NCBI GenBank assembly: GCA_949358305.1
Contig: OX442314.1
Span: 6,510,001-6,574,000, forward strand
Reading direction: 5' to 3'
DNA length: 64,000 nucleotides
Origin: Strigamia acuminata
Lineage: Eukaryota
Shown: piece by piece, positions 11,292 to 23,600 of the stretch
How positions within the stretch are numbered: position 1 is the stretch's first letter
Layout of the letters: the number at the start of each line of letters is the position of its first letter
Program-made: the position numbers and the translations under genes
Notes under the pieces: model-generated
Databases searched by the model: none
What the model was told of the DNA's origin: nothing
Seen by the model: only the letters and a program-made list of their open reading frames with translations

Positions 11292-12110
11292 TGTGGTGAC
11301 CCAGTTGGATAGGTGTCCCCCCAGGGCGGATACTTGTCCTCTGAGTCACTATGATTGAAGAGTCGTTCCCCCCGAGTTGGCTCCACCTCCCCATGGCAGG
11401 TGTGTGCCCCGAGGGGGAGGAAGCGGCTGGTGGTCAGCCCCCATTGGTTGATCGCCGGCCCTTCACCCCACTGCATAAAAGGCTGTGTTTCCCGCCTAAA
11501 GTCAGAACTTACACAAACGACACCAAGAACACAGCAACTACCTCACCGTCAGGCCAACTTCAACTACAAGTTAGGATTGATCGAGGATCGCTGAGTAAAG
11601 TGCAAACTGTAACTCTCACGAAGTCACTTGCGAGCTATTCCTGCGAAAGCACGAGAATAGCCCTTGTGAAATCACCCAGAATAATCGCCCAGTCGATTAT
11701 TCGCCGAAGTAAGTGTCCGAGTGCTTTGTAGGGAACCCCAAAGTTCCTAGACGAGGCCTCTGCGACGCTAAACCAAACCCTAGACAACAGGCACGGATAG
11801 AAGACTCGAAAGAGCATTCCACCGCGTCCGTGAAGACGAATCCGTGACGAATTAACGACAACTCGAGACGCCGCCTTTGTTCCGCCGACCACGCGGAACC
11901 GACGACGCCATCTTGAGAAATCCTTTGTTCGACTCTGACCAAGTCGACTTTAGTTGTATACTGAGTGTATTTTAAAGGCATAAAGCCTGGTGAATAAATT
12001 ACCTGTTTATTTACATACATTTGGTATTCATTTGGGTATTTGCATAATTGATCACAGGTAAAGTATTACACGTTAGCGCTATTTAAACCTATACCAAGTA
12101 GGACGCGACA
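11292..12110 (+). repeat. Probable 3' LTR of element H
   Basis: Starts TGT after a PPT, contains AATAAA, and ends GGACGCGACA (imperfect inverted match to the start) exactly where a host ENaC exon is cut. Confidence 0.6.
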
Positions 12111-13036
12111 CGTTATAATTGTTTAAAAACATAGAATGTGCGGTAGAAACGTCCTTTGTAGTCTTGCAAGCTGGCAAGTCAGGTTTTGCTTGATCCAAGT
12201 ATGGTAATCTGAAAGGAATCTTGAATTACTTGTGTGCATAATGGATTCACAGCTTAAAAAATCTGTTACTCTTAAGTTGCCGTGATGATGAAGTTAAAAA
12301 GAAAAAAAACCCTTCTTGAGTTCTAAGCTACTTGAATTTGAAAAACATGCTGACAGAATTTTGTACATACTATTGATTGTTCATCGCCAAATTGGTGCTA
12401 TTTTTTTAATCAAATTTTGAATTATTGTATTTACACAACTTAAATACCAACTTAAATTTTGCTTTTAAGTAAAAAAATTACTTTTTGCTTTGTGAATTTT
12501 TTGGGATATTTGCCTTGGTCTACAACTTTGTAAAGAACATTTTCTCATACCCTCTACAAAATGGTTGACCATGATTCCAAGGTCAAAGGTCAATTTTCAT
12601 AGCACCATTGAAATCACCACCTAACACTTTCTATTTAACGGTTTAACAGATTTTTGAATTTCTTGTTTGTTACTCGGTTATTGGTCTGGACCTTTTGAAA
12701 TATTTGCAAGCATGCAAATTAATGATAGAATCGGAGCTGAGGTGTGAAAAGAAGTAAAATCTGTGAAATACCTGCAGTTCACACTTTGAAATAAATTGTT
12801 TAGAAGGCAAGCTCTTTGACACACGAAATGAGCAGTTTTATTCGCTTCACACGGATTACGTTTCGTATTTCTTCGTGTAGCCTGTTTCGTTAATTGAAAG
12901 TTAGTTAGTACAATGTATAGGTTTGTGTTTAATTTTTAACCTTAAATATCCGAAAATCTACAATGTTCATCCGTCTATAGTGTAAATCCAATGGTGCCAT
13001 CATGTTAACATGCTCTTTCGGATCATTTAGGAATAG
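12111..13036 (-). pseudogene. DEG/ENaC extracellular-domain exons (13036-12941, 12881-12772, 12208-12111), truncated by element H
   Basis: AG/GT-bounded, phase-compatible exons give LFLNDPKEHV..VDFRIFK / ATRRNTKRNPCEANKTAHFVCQRACLL..VNCR / LPYLDQAKPDLPACKT. These parallel the exons at 59169-57618 (NTKKNPC...ECK/YPF), including the intron phases. Confidence 0.7.
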
Positions 13037-13930
13037 CTACATGTTTTTTATAACGCAAAGAAGTTAGAAAATTGTAACGACTTGGCCACCCTACGTGGCC
13101 TGCATCACTCCACACACCGCCTAGTGGCCCCTGTAAACCTTCTTGTCATATTACTAATCAGTTAATTCTATTTGTTATGTAAATAGTTCTTATCCATAGC
13201 ATCTCTTAGTTTGTTTATATAACTGATGCTATTTATTATTATGATTGTGTATTTTCCCATCAGATGGCTCTTTTACATATTTGTTGTACTTTTGCCACTA
13301 GATGGCACTTCCTTCTAGAATGATTAAAATAGGACTTGTCCTTTGGTTTTTCTCCATGCAAGGAGCACATGTATCTGTATACAGATAATTTATTTAATGT
13401 TTTTCCTTTTCTACTTTAACAGTCCAAATCAACACTGCAACTAGCTAACAAGGTTATGGGCCACAGGAATGCCAATTTGGACTGTTTGCATGGTTTGGAG
13501 AAGTAAAATTACCTGGTTTTTCTGGAATCCAAGATGGCGGCGCCCATCTCAAATGTGTTTACCTGTACACATTGATGTCTCCAAACTGTTTGTGGACCTG
13601 AAGGAGTTTGACAACACATCTGGAGCACTTGGCTGGATTATTTACGAGGTTTGCGGCATATTTTCGAATTGAAAACGTCGACGAGACGTTACGAATACGT
13701 GCGAGCACGTTTTGATGATCCGGGCGGTGCACGCTTTGACGAACGGGCGGTGCACGTGTTTATTATCCGAGCGGAGCACGTTTGCGGCAACAAACGAGAC
13801 GAAACGTACCGAAACGACGTGTATGAAGACCGGGAACGTCCGTATTGCGTCTTTGTACCAGTGGACCCGTTTTGAGACCATTTATGAACGACTTTCAACC
13901 TGAAGACAGCCTGAAAATTATTTATGAACT

Positions 13931-14120
13931 GATTTTGCTTGAGAATTTGTGTTTAATGCATGATTTGCTTGAGAATTTGTGTTTAATTCATGATTTGCTT
14001 GAGAATTTGTGTTTAATTCATGGTTTGCTTGAAGAATTTGTGTTTAATACATAATTTACTTGAAAATTTATGTTTAATTTGTGATTTACTTGAAAATTTG
14101 TGTTTAAGACATGATTTATT
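13931..14120. repeat. 30-bp minisatellite (TGATTTGCTTGAGAATTTGTGTTTAATTCA)n, decaying to the right
   Basis: About six visible tandem units. Confidence 0.85.
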
Positions 14121-15470
14121 GCTTTTTTGAATTGGAATTTGAAATATTATGTGTTTGATCACAATTTGATGTCTTTTGAATTTGTTCCTAAGAATTTTTG
14201 ATCTGAATTGTGTTCAATTGATGATTTGTTGAATTTTTGAATTTATTTCTGATCTGAATTGTGTTTGATTAATGATTTATCACTATTTTGAATTTGTTTT
14301 TGACAACTTTGGTCTGAATTATGAAAAATTACTTTGTTTTGTGACGATTACCTTCTGGAGATAGCAATTGCTAAACTAAAGTGTGAACTATCCGTGTGAA
14401 AATGTAAAATATGCAAACCTGATGTTTTCTCAAAACATATAACATTTATTCCGGTTTGAACCTTATATAAATACTATGCCTACAAGTGGCTAAAATGACG
14501 ATAAGTTAAACTATACAGTTATTTGGCAAAAGCCCTGAAATAATATCACTTGCGGTTTTCAGTCTCGTAATAAGAATATGTGACTTTCTTATTACAGTGA
14601 CGTAAAAGATGTCGTCTGAATATGGTTCGGGCTTCCAAATGGTCCGGGGTTGGTTCTAAAATGGTGTGTAATGGTTAGGCTTGGGTGTGTTATATCCGAG
14701 AGGTGCGGTTGACTTTTCTGTATCGTCACACACATCGCGTCGCAGATAATTATTGTAATCAATAATTATTGCGAGATGTAACAATGTGAGAATAAATATT
14801 CATATTAATTCCATGGAATTGATCATGATATTTTATAGTCACAAACTTAACTAAAACTATGAAAATAAGTAAAATATATTAAAATAGCGCCGAGCTATTT
14901 TTGCCCCGAGTGCAATCAACATCTAAGTTAGACTTAAATGTTCCGTCAAACCAATAACGAATTGAATCGAAATATCTCGCAGGAAAGGTTATCCATCGCC
15001 GGGAAATTACTCCACTCGGTCCTGGCTGGCGGGAGAGTAACCGGGAAATTACTCCGCGTCGATCACTCTGATAATGCGTCTGTGAAATATAAATACTCCA
15101 CTCTAGATTCTACATTACCAATGCGTCTGTGAATTTTACTCCACTCTAGATTCTGCACTCTACAACGGAATGTTGGCATGAAGCTGGAGGGAGTGCGTCT
15201 GTGGGTTGTACCCCACTCTAGATACTACACTTAAATGTGTCTGTGAATCTCTCCACTCTAGTTACTACATTTCTACAACGGAATGTTGGCATGAAGAGGC
15301 GGGAAGTGTGTCTGTGAGTCTTCTACCCACTCTAGATACTTACACTAAATACAAAGTATTTCTACAACGGATTGTCGGAACGCAGAGAAGTATAATATGT
15401 GCTCAAGTAATATCAGTATCAAACAAAAACAGAACAAGAGCGAGCTATATCCGTTTTGCAGGGGGATATA

Positions 15471-16622
15471 CAGGGTGGAACAAAAGTCTGTTCCCCTCAA
15501 ATATTTCCTGAGCAATTGCATCTAGGCCAACTTTGATGAAGCGATCATATAGGAAGTTGGGTGAGAGCAATCCAATGATGTCATCAAATTTGACCTTGAA
15601 GGCCATTTTCAAGGTTATTCACTTGCTAACTTCTAAACCAATCACGTTAGAGCAAAATTTCCAATTACAAAGTTGTAGAACACCATCAAATTAGTACTGT
15701 CCAATTTATCTTAGTCATCTTCATTTAAATGATTTCTTTTTAAAAAGGAAACGAATCAGAAAAAAATCAGCAATGTGAAATTTTTTTTCTTGTGAAAAAA
15801 TAAATTATTGAGGCATTAAAAAAAGATAGTGATTTTTCTTGTGTACTTGCACAATAATGCACATTTGAATACATTTATTTAACACTAGAAAGGCCAGAGC
15901 GGTCATTTTGACCGCAACAGCTGTTTTAAACAGCTGTAGCAATAAACCCAAAGGGTTTACAATACTTTACATCATAAATCAGCAAACGTGGCTTTTTTCT
16001 GTAATAAAAATTAAAAAAATTGAATTGACCTAGAAAGGCCGAAGGCGGTCCAAATGACCGCTTGAAACAACGCGCACAAGACATGCACGAAACGTGGACA
16101 AAACGCGCAAATCGTGCAAAATACATAAACAATACGTGTATCTTGCGTTTTGCCATCAAATTGATCAGTAACACGCGAAATATGCGAAGAAAATAGCAAA
16201 ACAAAAATTGATGGTCTTGTACGCATTGTTTCAAGCGGTCATTTTGACCGCTTTCGGCCTTTCTAGTGTTAAGTAATTCAGTATTTTTGTAGTAGAAATT
16301 TAATTTTTGCTTCAATGGCTGACTTTATTTCAGCTGATTTGTTTTCATTTTAAAACGAAAACATTTAACTTAAGATGACTAAGATAAATTGGATAGTACT
16401 AATTTGATGGTGCTCTACAACTTTGTAATTGGAAATTTTGCTCTAACGTGATTGGTTTAGAAGTTAGCAAGTGAATAATCTTGAAAATGGCCTTCAAGGT
16501 CAAATTTGATGACGTCATTGGATTGCTCTCACCCAACTTCCTGTATGATCGCTTCATCAAAGTTGGCCTAGATGCAATTGCTCAGGAAATATTTGAGGGG
16601 AACAGACTTTTGTTCCACCCTG
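15471..16622. mobile_element. Tc1/mariner-type MITE with long TIRs
   Basis: CAGGGTG...CACCCTG ends, TIRs longer than 250 bp, and a TA duplication confirmed by the empty site in the sister LTR (GATATATACTC at 29011). Confidence 0.92.
15883..16268. mobile_element. piggyBac-type MITE nested in the mariner-type MITE
   Basis: TTAA|CACTAGAAAGGCC...GGCCTTTCTAGTG|TTAA with internal GCGGTCA-TTT-TGACCGC palindromes. It is absent from the related MITE at 56056-56799. Confidence 0.85.
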
Positions 16623-17745
16623 TATACTCGGTGAGGAGAATAGCTGTTCAGTGATCCAATGGGATCACTGGGCAGTCAAATCCATCCAATCCCAGATCAT
16701 AGGAAGTGGATACTCAGGACATAGTCTTCTACTAGGTCCACTACAGGAACTGGATACGCAGGACACATTTTGGATTAAGTCCCTTTGACTATAATCCAAA
16801 AGGAGTCCAACTCACAGTGGGTGATGGGGGGTGACTTCACCAGGTGTAGAGTTTGCACATAATTCAATAGAATTATGTGACAAATAAATCAACTAGTATT
16901 TAAACATCCAAAAGTATTTAAAAGTGTATAAAGTTGCAGTGGAATAAAATATAAATAGTAATTTATATTTTATTCACTCAAAAATTGTCGAAATTTGAAA
17001 TTGCCGCTAAAACGTATCAGCGCCATCTATTGACAAAATAAACGTCCTAACTAACAACGTGCATGACAGTGTAACCGTCACAAGTCCCCCTTAAATATAT
17101 GTTAATACCTGTATTAACATACTATTTATTCCGAATATCTTGAGGATCAAGACCACACTGTCATCTAGGGGACTCGAGCTGTAATCCTTGGTAAGCAAAA
17201 ACCTTTATTTTATATTTTAATAGTATAAATAAAGAGTATTTCTTAATCAAATGCTTCAAAAAATATTTATTAAGGTTATAAAACTTTCAATTATTAATAA
17301 TAACTCCAATCTCTCTTTACAGGTGGACTTACAACTGTATCAAGAAAAACGATAACTTAAACTAACATCAAAACTCTTGTATCAAACAAATGATTAATAA
17401 AATTTAACAATTATTTTCACAAAACTTAACTTCTCACTGGAAATGTAATGATTTGCAAAATAACACTTTACACGTTAAAATTCAAGTATTAAAATTAGTA
17501 TTTTTATAAACAAACTCACATTGACTCGTAATCAAATTTTAGCAAAATTGTTAATTTAAATATTAAAGATCTTTGAAATATCCACACAAAAAAAAACGGC
17601 ATAAAATACACCTGAACCTGACTAAATCTTTGTTTCATCCCGGGTCAAGTAATGGAGATGGAGAAAATGGACTCGTTACTTCTGGTCTTGCCTTAAAGGG
17701 GAGAATGTCGGGAAAGTAACGGATCCCGACATCGTTGACGCTTTT

Positions 17746-19401
17746 CTAGTCCAACTCTTCATCCTCAATAAATCCGTCCATGGATGTAACAACTTCCGAG
17801 ACGGCTGCGGGTGGAGAATTAAGTCGAATAGCTACCAATTCCGGTACTACATCTGGCTCAACGTCATGGATCAGTGGATCCAGGAGCATTCTGTGTTGTT
17901 CCTCGGTGAATACTTCCAGGGGATCCGGCCCTCCTAACGGAATAGTGTTAGCGCTGGTTGGCTCAGAAAAAACCAAGTGATGGTCGGGTAAGCCAGAGTG
18001 CCATCCCTCACGAATCAACGGGTGTGCTGCTGCTGAGACCTGTTGCAAAATCTTACACCAAATAAAAGAGCGAGTTTGAAAAGACTCCGGCCGGGATGGA
18101 TGAAAAATCCATTGGATCACGGCCAGTGGCACGCTTAAATCTGGAATTCGGTCGTTCGAAATCGACACGCTAATACGCTTAGCTGCTTCCAACAAAATTG
18201 GGAAATAATGTTCCACTTCCGCCTTAGTTTGCTCCGTGAGCGACATGTTTGGTCTTGGCATGTATGGGTGAACCAGTAAAATGACCGGTTCAGCAGCGTC
18301 GCTTACTTCGGGGAGCGGAATAGTCGCTACAATCATGTTGTTAGTCGATGTTCCCTCTGGAGAAGCGGCGGTTTGCAGACCAGAATCGGAGGCAACCGGC
18401 GGAGAATCAGACGCAACAACTGACATTGGTTCGTTTTCCGCCGAGACGACTGAAGTTCCATCAATCGCAGGGGTGGGGGTTTCCGGCTCGCGTTGTGGCT
18501 CCGTAAATCCTCCTCGTGGAGTCGAGGTGCTGGACATTTGTGCCGGGTCTACATAAATAGCCTGCTCCGGGCCCTGGTGGATGAGGCCACATTCGCGACA
18601 CATCGCCCAATTGCGTGCTGTCGGCGTACTTAGCCCCTTGACGATAAATGGAAGAATTTCTTCATTCCACATGCTGGATATGGCAACGCGTTTACCACCG
18701 TGACAGTTCACACAGACCACGGCGTGAATGCCGGATAACAAGGACGACAACCATCCGCATCCTGCGCACAATGGGCAGAACATCAGTTTCGACTTCGGCA
18801 TGATGTTGGTTCCCAAGGCGGCAGCTTCCATGTCGCGAAATACATGTTCTCGCCGTTGCTTCCGATAAATCGGTAAGTTGAGCTCCGATAATGAGCGAGC
18901 TTGCGATGTTGGGCGGGTCAACGCCTCGGATGAAGATGCCAACGTGGACTTGGTGGGTCCTTTGGACTTGCCGGTTTTTCCTCGACTAGCGGTATCGCGA
19001 GGATTTCGTGGTCGAGCAAATGGTCTGCTGGTAGTCTGGGGCGGAGCTTCCTCATAAGATTCTTCTTCTTGTGAGAAGTCGTCTTGGCGCCGTCTCCTTG
19101 AAGCAGAACGGGAGTATTGTGACGAGTCGTCAGAAAAATCCCAATTCGGAGTCTCGTGGGGCGCATCATAGGTTACGACACGCTGACTCGCTTGACGGCC
19201 TCTGGAAGGACGTGAGTCGGTCGGGCTAACACCCATGGCGGTCCTAATTCGGGGCGGTACGAGATCCGGGTTATCACGGGCCCAGTTGGCGACGAGCTCG
19301 GGGTCAGAGGAGGGATTAACAAAGCGATAATCCGGTTCTTCAGACTCTTCTGGATCCCAATGCACGTACTGTCGCTTGCTAGCACGACCTCGGCGACTCA
19401 T
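17746..19401 (-). CDS. ORF3 accessory protein of element A (551 aa, Cys-rich Zn-finger-like core)
   Basis: Intact ORF between pol and the 3' LTR. Contains CPLCAGCGW..CVNCHGGK..WAMCREC, is homologous to ORF3 of element C, and has a TTTTTTGAAG acceptor-like site 5 nt upstream of the ATG. Confidence 0.85.
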   Translation of the reverse strand: MSRRGRASKRQYVHWDPEESEEPDYRFVNPSSDPELVANWARDNPDLVPPRIRTAMGVSPTDSRPSRGRQASQRVVTYDAPHETPNWDFSDDSSQYSRSASRRRRQDDFSQEEESYEEAPPQTTSRPFARPRNPRDTASRGKTGKSKGPTKSTLASSSEALTRPTSQARSLSELNLPIYRKQRREHVFRDMEAAALGTNIMPKSKLMFCPLCAGCGWLSSLLSGIHAVVCVNCHGGKRVAISSMWNEEILPFIVKGLSTPTARNWAMCRECGLIHQGPEQAIYVDPAQMSSTSTPRGGFTEPQREPETPTPAIDGTSVVSAENEPMSVVASDSPPVASDSGLQTAASPEGTSTNNMIVATIPLPEVSDAAEPVILLVHPYMPRPNMSLTEQTKAEVEHYFPILLEAAKRISVSISNDRIPDLSVPLAVIQWIFHPSRPESFQTRSFIWCKILQQVSAAAHPLIREGWHSGLPDHHLVFSEPTSANTIPLGGPDPLEVFTEEQHRMLLDPLIHDVEPDVVPELVAIRLNSPPAAVSEVVTSMDGFIEDEELD

Positions 19402-20696
19402 TGCATCTTCAAAAAATATAAATTTTATTTGAGAACACGAATCAAACTGTCGGTAATTAATTTAATTTCAAATTAAATTAATTGTCGACCAACAACTGGA
19501 TTAATTTCGCAATTAAATTCTTAAGTTCCTTTTGTTAGCGGGTTTCCTTCATTTGTCGAATAATTATTAACATTAATAATTATTCTTGACTTGGTAGATA
19601 ATTTCATCTTATCCTTTAAAACAATATCGTTGAAAAACTATTCAAATTAGTGTTTATTAAATAAAATAAACCTAATTTTTACATCTAAACGACATAATAA
19701 CTAAACAACCTGTCAAAATATTAAAAAATATTTTTGCAGTATTTTTAGTATCTGACAATATACATGATTTTTAACTGTACGAATAACTCTATAATTCGTC
19801 CGAGTAAAAATCTATCACCGACATCTGGTGGCGTTCGTTAGTATCATACACGTGACTTGTTAACACATGTATGCTCACCAATTTCAAAGGAATTTAAGCG
19901 ATATTTTTTATCTTTTATAAAATAAACACTTACTAACTAGGTGCAGTCCTAACAGGGTATATTTGGCTAGTTTAACGTCTAGCTTCGCGTATTTGCGAGG
20001 GCTGCTCGGTTCCGGCGACGTTGGCCGATAAAGACGTTGTGCGGCACGTGCAAATTCTAAGTCTGCCGTAATGGACGCTTAACCAAAATAAATGTCGTCA
20101 ATTAATGTCAAAATATTATTAATTTTGACAAAATATTGCTTAAATATTTACCGGAAAATCACGTAGTGAATTCGCGGGAGGGTTCCTTGTGATTTTGCCA
20201 CGAAATGGTTTCGATAATCAGCGTCGTGTCGATAATTTCTGAATTTGAACTGATATTCGTCAAATGAAAAAATCAGTAAAATAAACGATAAGTGTTCAAA
20301 ATCATCTAGATTTTAACTCACTAAAATTCAGCGAAAATCCGTTAAAGCGTCGAAAAGTCGAGAATAATCCTTGATTTCAGTCCAGTACAAAACTTGGCGA
20401 ACAAGTGAGTGATAATCTCAAACCAGGGGTTAAGGGGAGTTTCGAGGAGTAATTTGATTGGTTTGTAATTACTCATCTCGAAGTTTCTATTAACCCAAAG
20501 GGGGAAAACATAGTTTCAAGTAAATGTTTACACGTAGATTAATTTAAATACAATCGGCCGTGTAAAAATAACTCAAACATTTGTTAAATTTTATCTACAT
20601 TGGTGAAATGTTTTTTTTAATAAAATTTAACAATCCTTCGTGAATATGATTGGAAATATTTATTTAAAAAATAAAATATTTTCAATATATTGTGTC

Positions 20697-23600
20697 CTAA
20701 CCCAACTTGACTTGTGTTAAACAATTTATGAGTTGTACAAAATCGGTCACGTATTTTGTGTTCGGCTTGGGTCTACGTTTAGACTGTCGAACGGGAGATG
20801 GAAATCTTTTCCTCTTTTTAGACGGATTTTGAGGAGTTTCGTCCTCTTTAGAAGAAATCTGAGAAGTTTCCTCCTCTTTCTCTTCAACTAAATCCCCTGT
20901 TTCTATGGACACAGGTTCATTTATTAATTCTGAAGAATTAATAACCTGACCTGCCATCCAATCTGGAGTCGGGTGTGACTCGTTGGTACCGACTTTCTGA
21001 TCTAATGTCCATTCCTCAATCGGGTAACTTGGGATATAAGGCATTAAATCCTGTATGTTGATCGCTTTTGCTTTTGAATTGTCGGAGAGCTTCCGTAGCG
21101 TGTAGGAACCTCCGCCGAGAATAGCCGTAATTTCCCAAGGTCCATCACGTTTCTCAGCGAATCCTGCCGAAATCCCTTTATCTTTATTTGATAAAATATG
21201 TGTGGCTTTCCACACGAGATCCCCTTTGGCAAATTGACAAATATAATATTTGTCTTTATGTAGTCGATCATGCTTTTCGTAATTCGATTGAATTTTCCGA
21301 TGCATTTCGCTGTGTGCACGTCTAATTACGTCTAAAATACTATAGACATAAGCTTCGGGGTTCTCTTTGTCGAATTTGATGGCGTGTTTAGTAATACGCG
21401 GGTCAAATGGCAAAGGAACGATTCTTCCTGTATTAAGAATCATCGGAGAACAATTTGTTGCCTCGGACTTAGCGGTGCGCATCGCAAAGGCAAAAGAATT
21501 TAAATATTTTGGCCAGTGAGAGTGAATGTCTGAGTATAAAGCTAACATCATTTTTAAAGTCCTGTTAGCCCGCTCTGTAATATTAGCGGCAGCGTGATAT
21601 GGGCTAATGTGAGCAATATCTACGTGATTTTTTCGACAAAAATCATTAAATATTGTTGACACGAATTGTTTGCCGTTGTCGGAGATTATCTTTTTTGGAT
21701 ATCCCCAACGGTGGAAAACTTCGCTCATCTTATTAACAATGCATTCACTTGATGCAGTTGCTAGTGGGAAGACTTCAATCCATTTTGTACAATTATCAAT
21801 GATTACTAAAATCCATTTTAATTGTGAACGACCAGCTGGCTTTGGTCCCATCAGGTCAATGCTTATTGTCTCCCATGGGTTGGTCATGTTGTGGGGTGTA
21901 TAGCTTGCCCGATGCTTTTGGTGTTGACTAGGTTTGTATTGTTGGCAATGAGTGCAACTGCGAACGTAGTTTCGAGTGTCTTTGCTCATTCTAGGCCAGA
22001 AATACATCTTCTTTGCTCTATCTAGGGTTTTACTCATGCCAGCGTGTCCTGTAAGTGGGTGGCCATGGCATGCGAATAATGCACGTCTCACAAGAGAGCG
22101 TGGAATTACCGCCTTAAACCCGTTGCCGGAGTCGTTTAACTCCTCCTCATCGGTCGGAGCAAAATAAATTAGCATAACACCTTTATTTTCTTCCGGTTCG
22201 TCGAGAGTGTAGCCACGAATCGCATTTAACCAATGTTTATCCGTGATACGATTTTTTAATTTTTCGTCTCCTTTTAGGTAAACAAGGATTTTACTACATG
22301 CTGGATCTTTAAGCTGCGCTTCGATAATTTCGTCTCGCGTCGGCGGAACTACTTTTAGGATATCTGTTAGCGCAGTGTGTACATTTTCGTGATTACAATT
22401 GTGGACATCTATATGTCTGCAATTTTCTCTCGTACATCCTTCTTCCTCCCCCTTTTCTCCAGAATCATGAAATCTAACTGGATTATATGATTCTGAGAAA
22501 AAATCCAAACTAAGGCCAACATTTGTGAGAAAATGTTTGCGCTCAGTCTCCGTCACTTGTAAAGATGCACACCTGTTTCCATTCCAAGTTGGATAGAAAT
22601 GGGTGATCTCCTCTGGTTCGATATAATCATAATCCGGAGTGTCTAGTGCAGACAGTGGAGCGCGTGATAATGCGTCCGCTACTTGGTTCATTGCACCGCG
22701 TCTAAAAATAATTTTAAACGCGCCACATTGTATTTTGACGGCCCAACGACCAAACCTTCCCGATGGTTCCGGCGTACTCATCAACCAGCTAAGGGCCTTA
22801 GCATCGGACTCGAGAGTGAAAGTCGTGTATTCAATATAAGGGCGAAATCTTTCGATTGCCCATACAACGGCCAAACACTCCAATTCCGGCGTAGAATACC
22901 TTACTTCGGCCCCGTGTAACACTCGACTGGCGTACGCGACTGCTTTTGGGACCATAATTAATTTCTGTTTCTTTTCACAGAATAATTCTACGTCTTGACA
23001 GAGTACTGCACCTAAACCTGAATGAGAAGCATCTGTCAAAATGACAAAAGGCTTATTCATATCTGGCATGTGGAGAAGGGCTTGGTCCTTGTCACACAAA
23101 ATATCTTTGATAGTTTCGAATGCAGTTGTTTGTGGATCATCCCACACAAACTTTGCTTGATCATGCATAATATTGGTCAATGGACGAGCAATATTTGCGA
23201 TGTTAGGAATGAATTTTCGGAAAAAATTCGCAAGTCCTACAAATCTCTGAATGTCTTTAGAACAAGTTGGTTTGGGAAAATTCCTTACAGCCGAGACTTT
23301 GTCCGGGTCTGGAAGAAGAGATCCCTCGGAAATTAAATGGCCTAAAAATCGTAATGATGTTCGACCAAATTTTGACTTGTCTTTATTGATAGTTAGATTT
23401 GCAGCATCTAACTTCTCAAGTGCGTCTTTAATATGTAATAAATGATTTTCCCATGTGTCAGAAAAAATAATTATATCGTCTAAATAGACCAGAGCATGTT
23501 TATATAAAGAGTCACCCAATACGGTAGTCATGAGGTGTTGAAAAGAGCTAGGTGCATTACAAAGACCAAATGGCAGTCTCTTGAATTGAAATTTGCCTTT

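Larger units (their letters stand above)
1..12110 (+). mobile_element. 3' part of a Gypsy-like LTR retrotransposon (element H), truncated by the window edge and split by Copia M
   Basis: Frame 1 ends ...SKINLRPRRSNNPF...KN* at 147, resembling an integrase tail. A long accessory ORF follows, then a purine tract (GGAGGAGGGAC, 11280-11290) and a TGTGG...GACA segment with AATAAA at ~11993. Only one LTR is visible, so the boundaries are inferred. Confidence 0.6.
14340..17082 (-). repeat. 3' LTR of element A (1589 bp plus a 1154-bp MITE insertion)
   Basis: Matches 27886-29474 except for the insertion at 15471-16622 and its TA duplication. Confidence 0.96.

Noticed and set aside
13073..13900. Separate LTR or ORF-bearing element
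   Set aside because: It starts TGTAAC and has a CTCF-like site, but no partner end, TSD or recognisable protein could be supported.
13931..14120. 30-bp repeats as a CRISPR array
   Set aside because: The units are directly tandem with no spacers, the context is eukaryotic, and there are no cas genes.
17746..19401. ORF3 of A or C as an env gene
   Set aside because: There is no signal peptide, furin-site/fusion-peptide arrangement or C-terminal TM anchor. The proteins are hydrophilic.
20697..21000. Chromodomain at the integrase C-terminus of A or C
   Set aside because: The tails after the GPY/F-like motif are acidic then basic low-complexity sequence without chromodomain aromatic-cage motifs.
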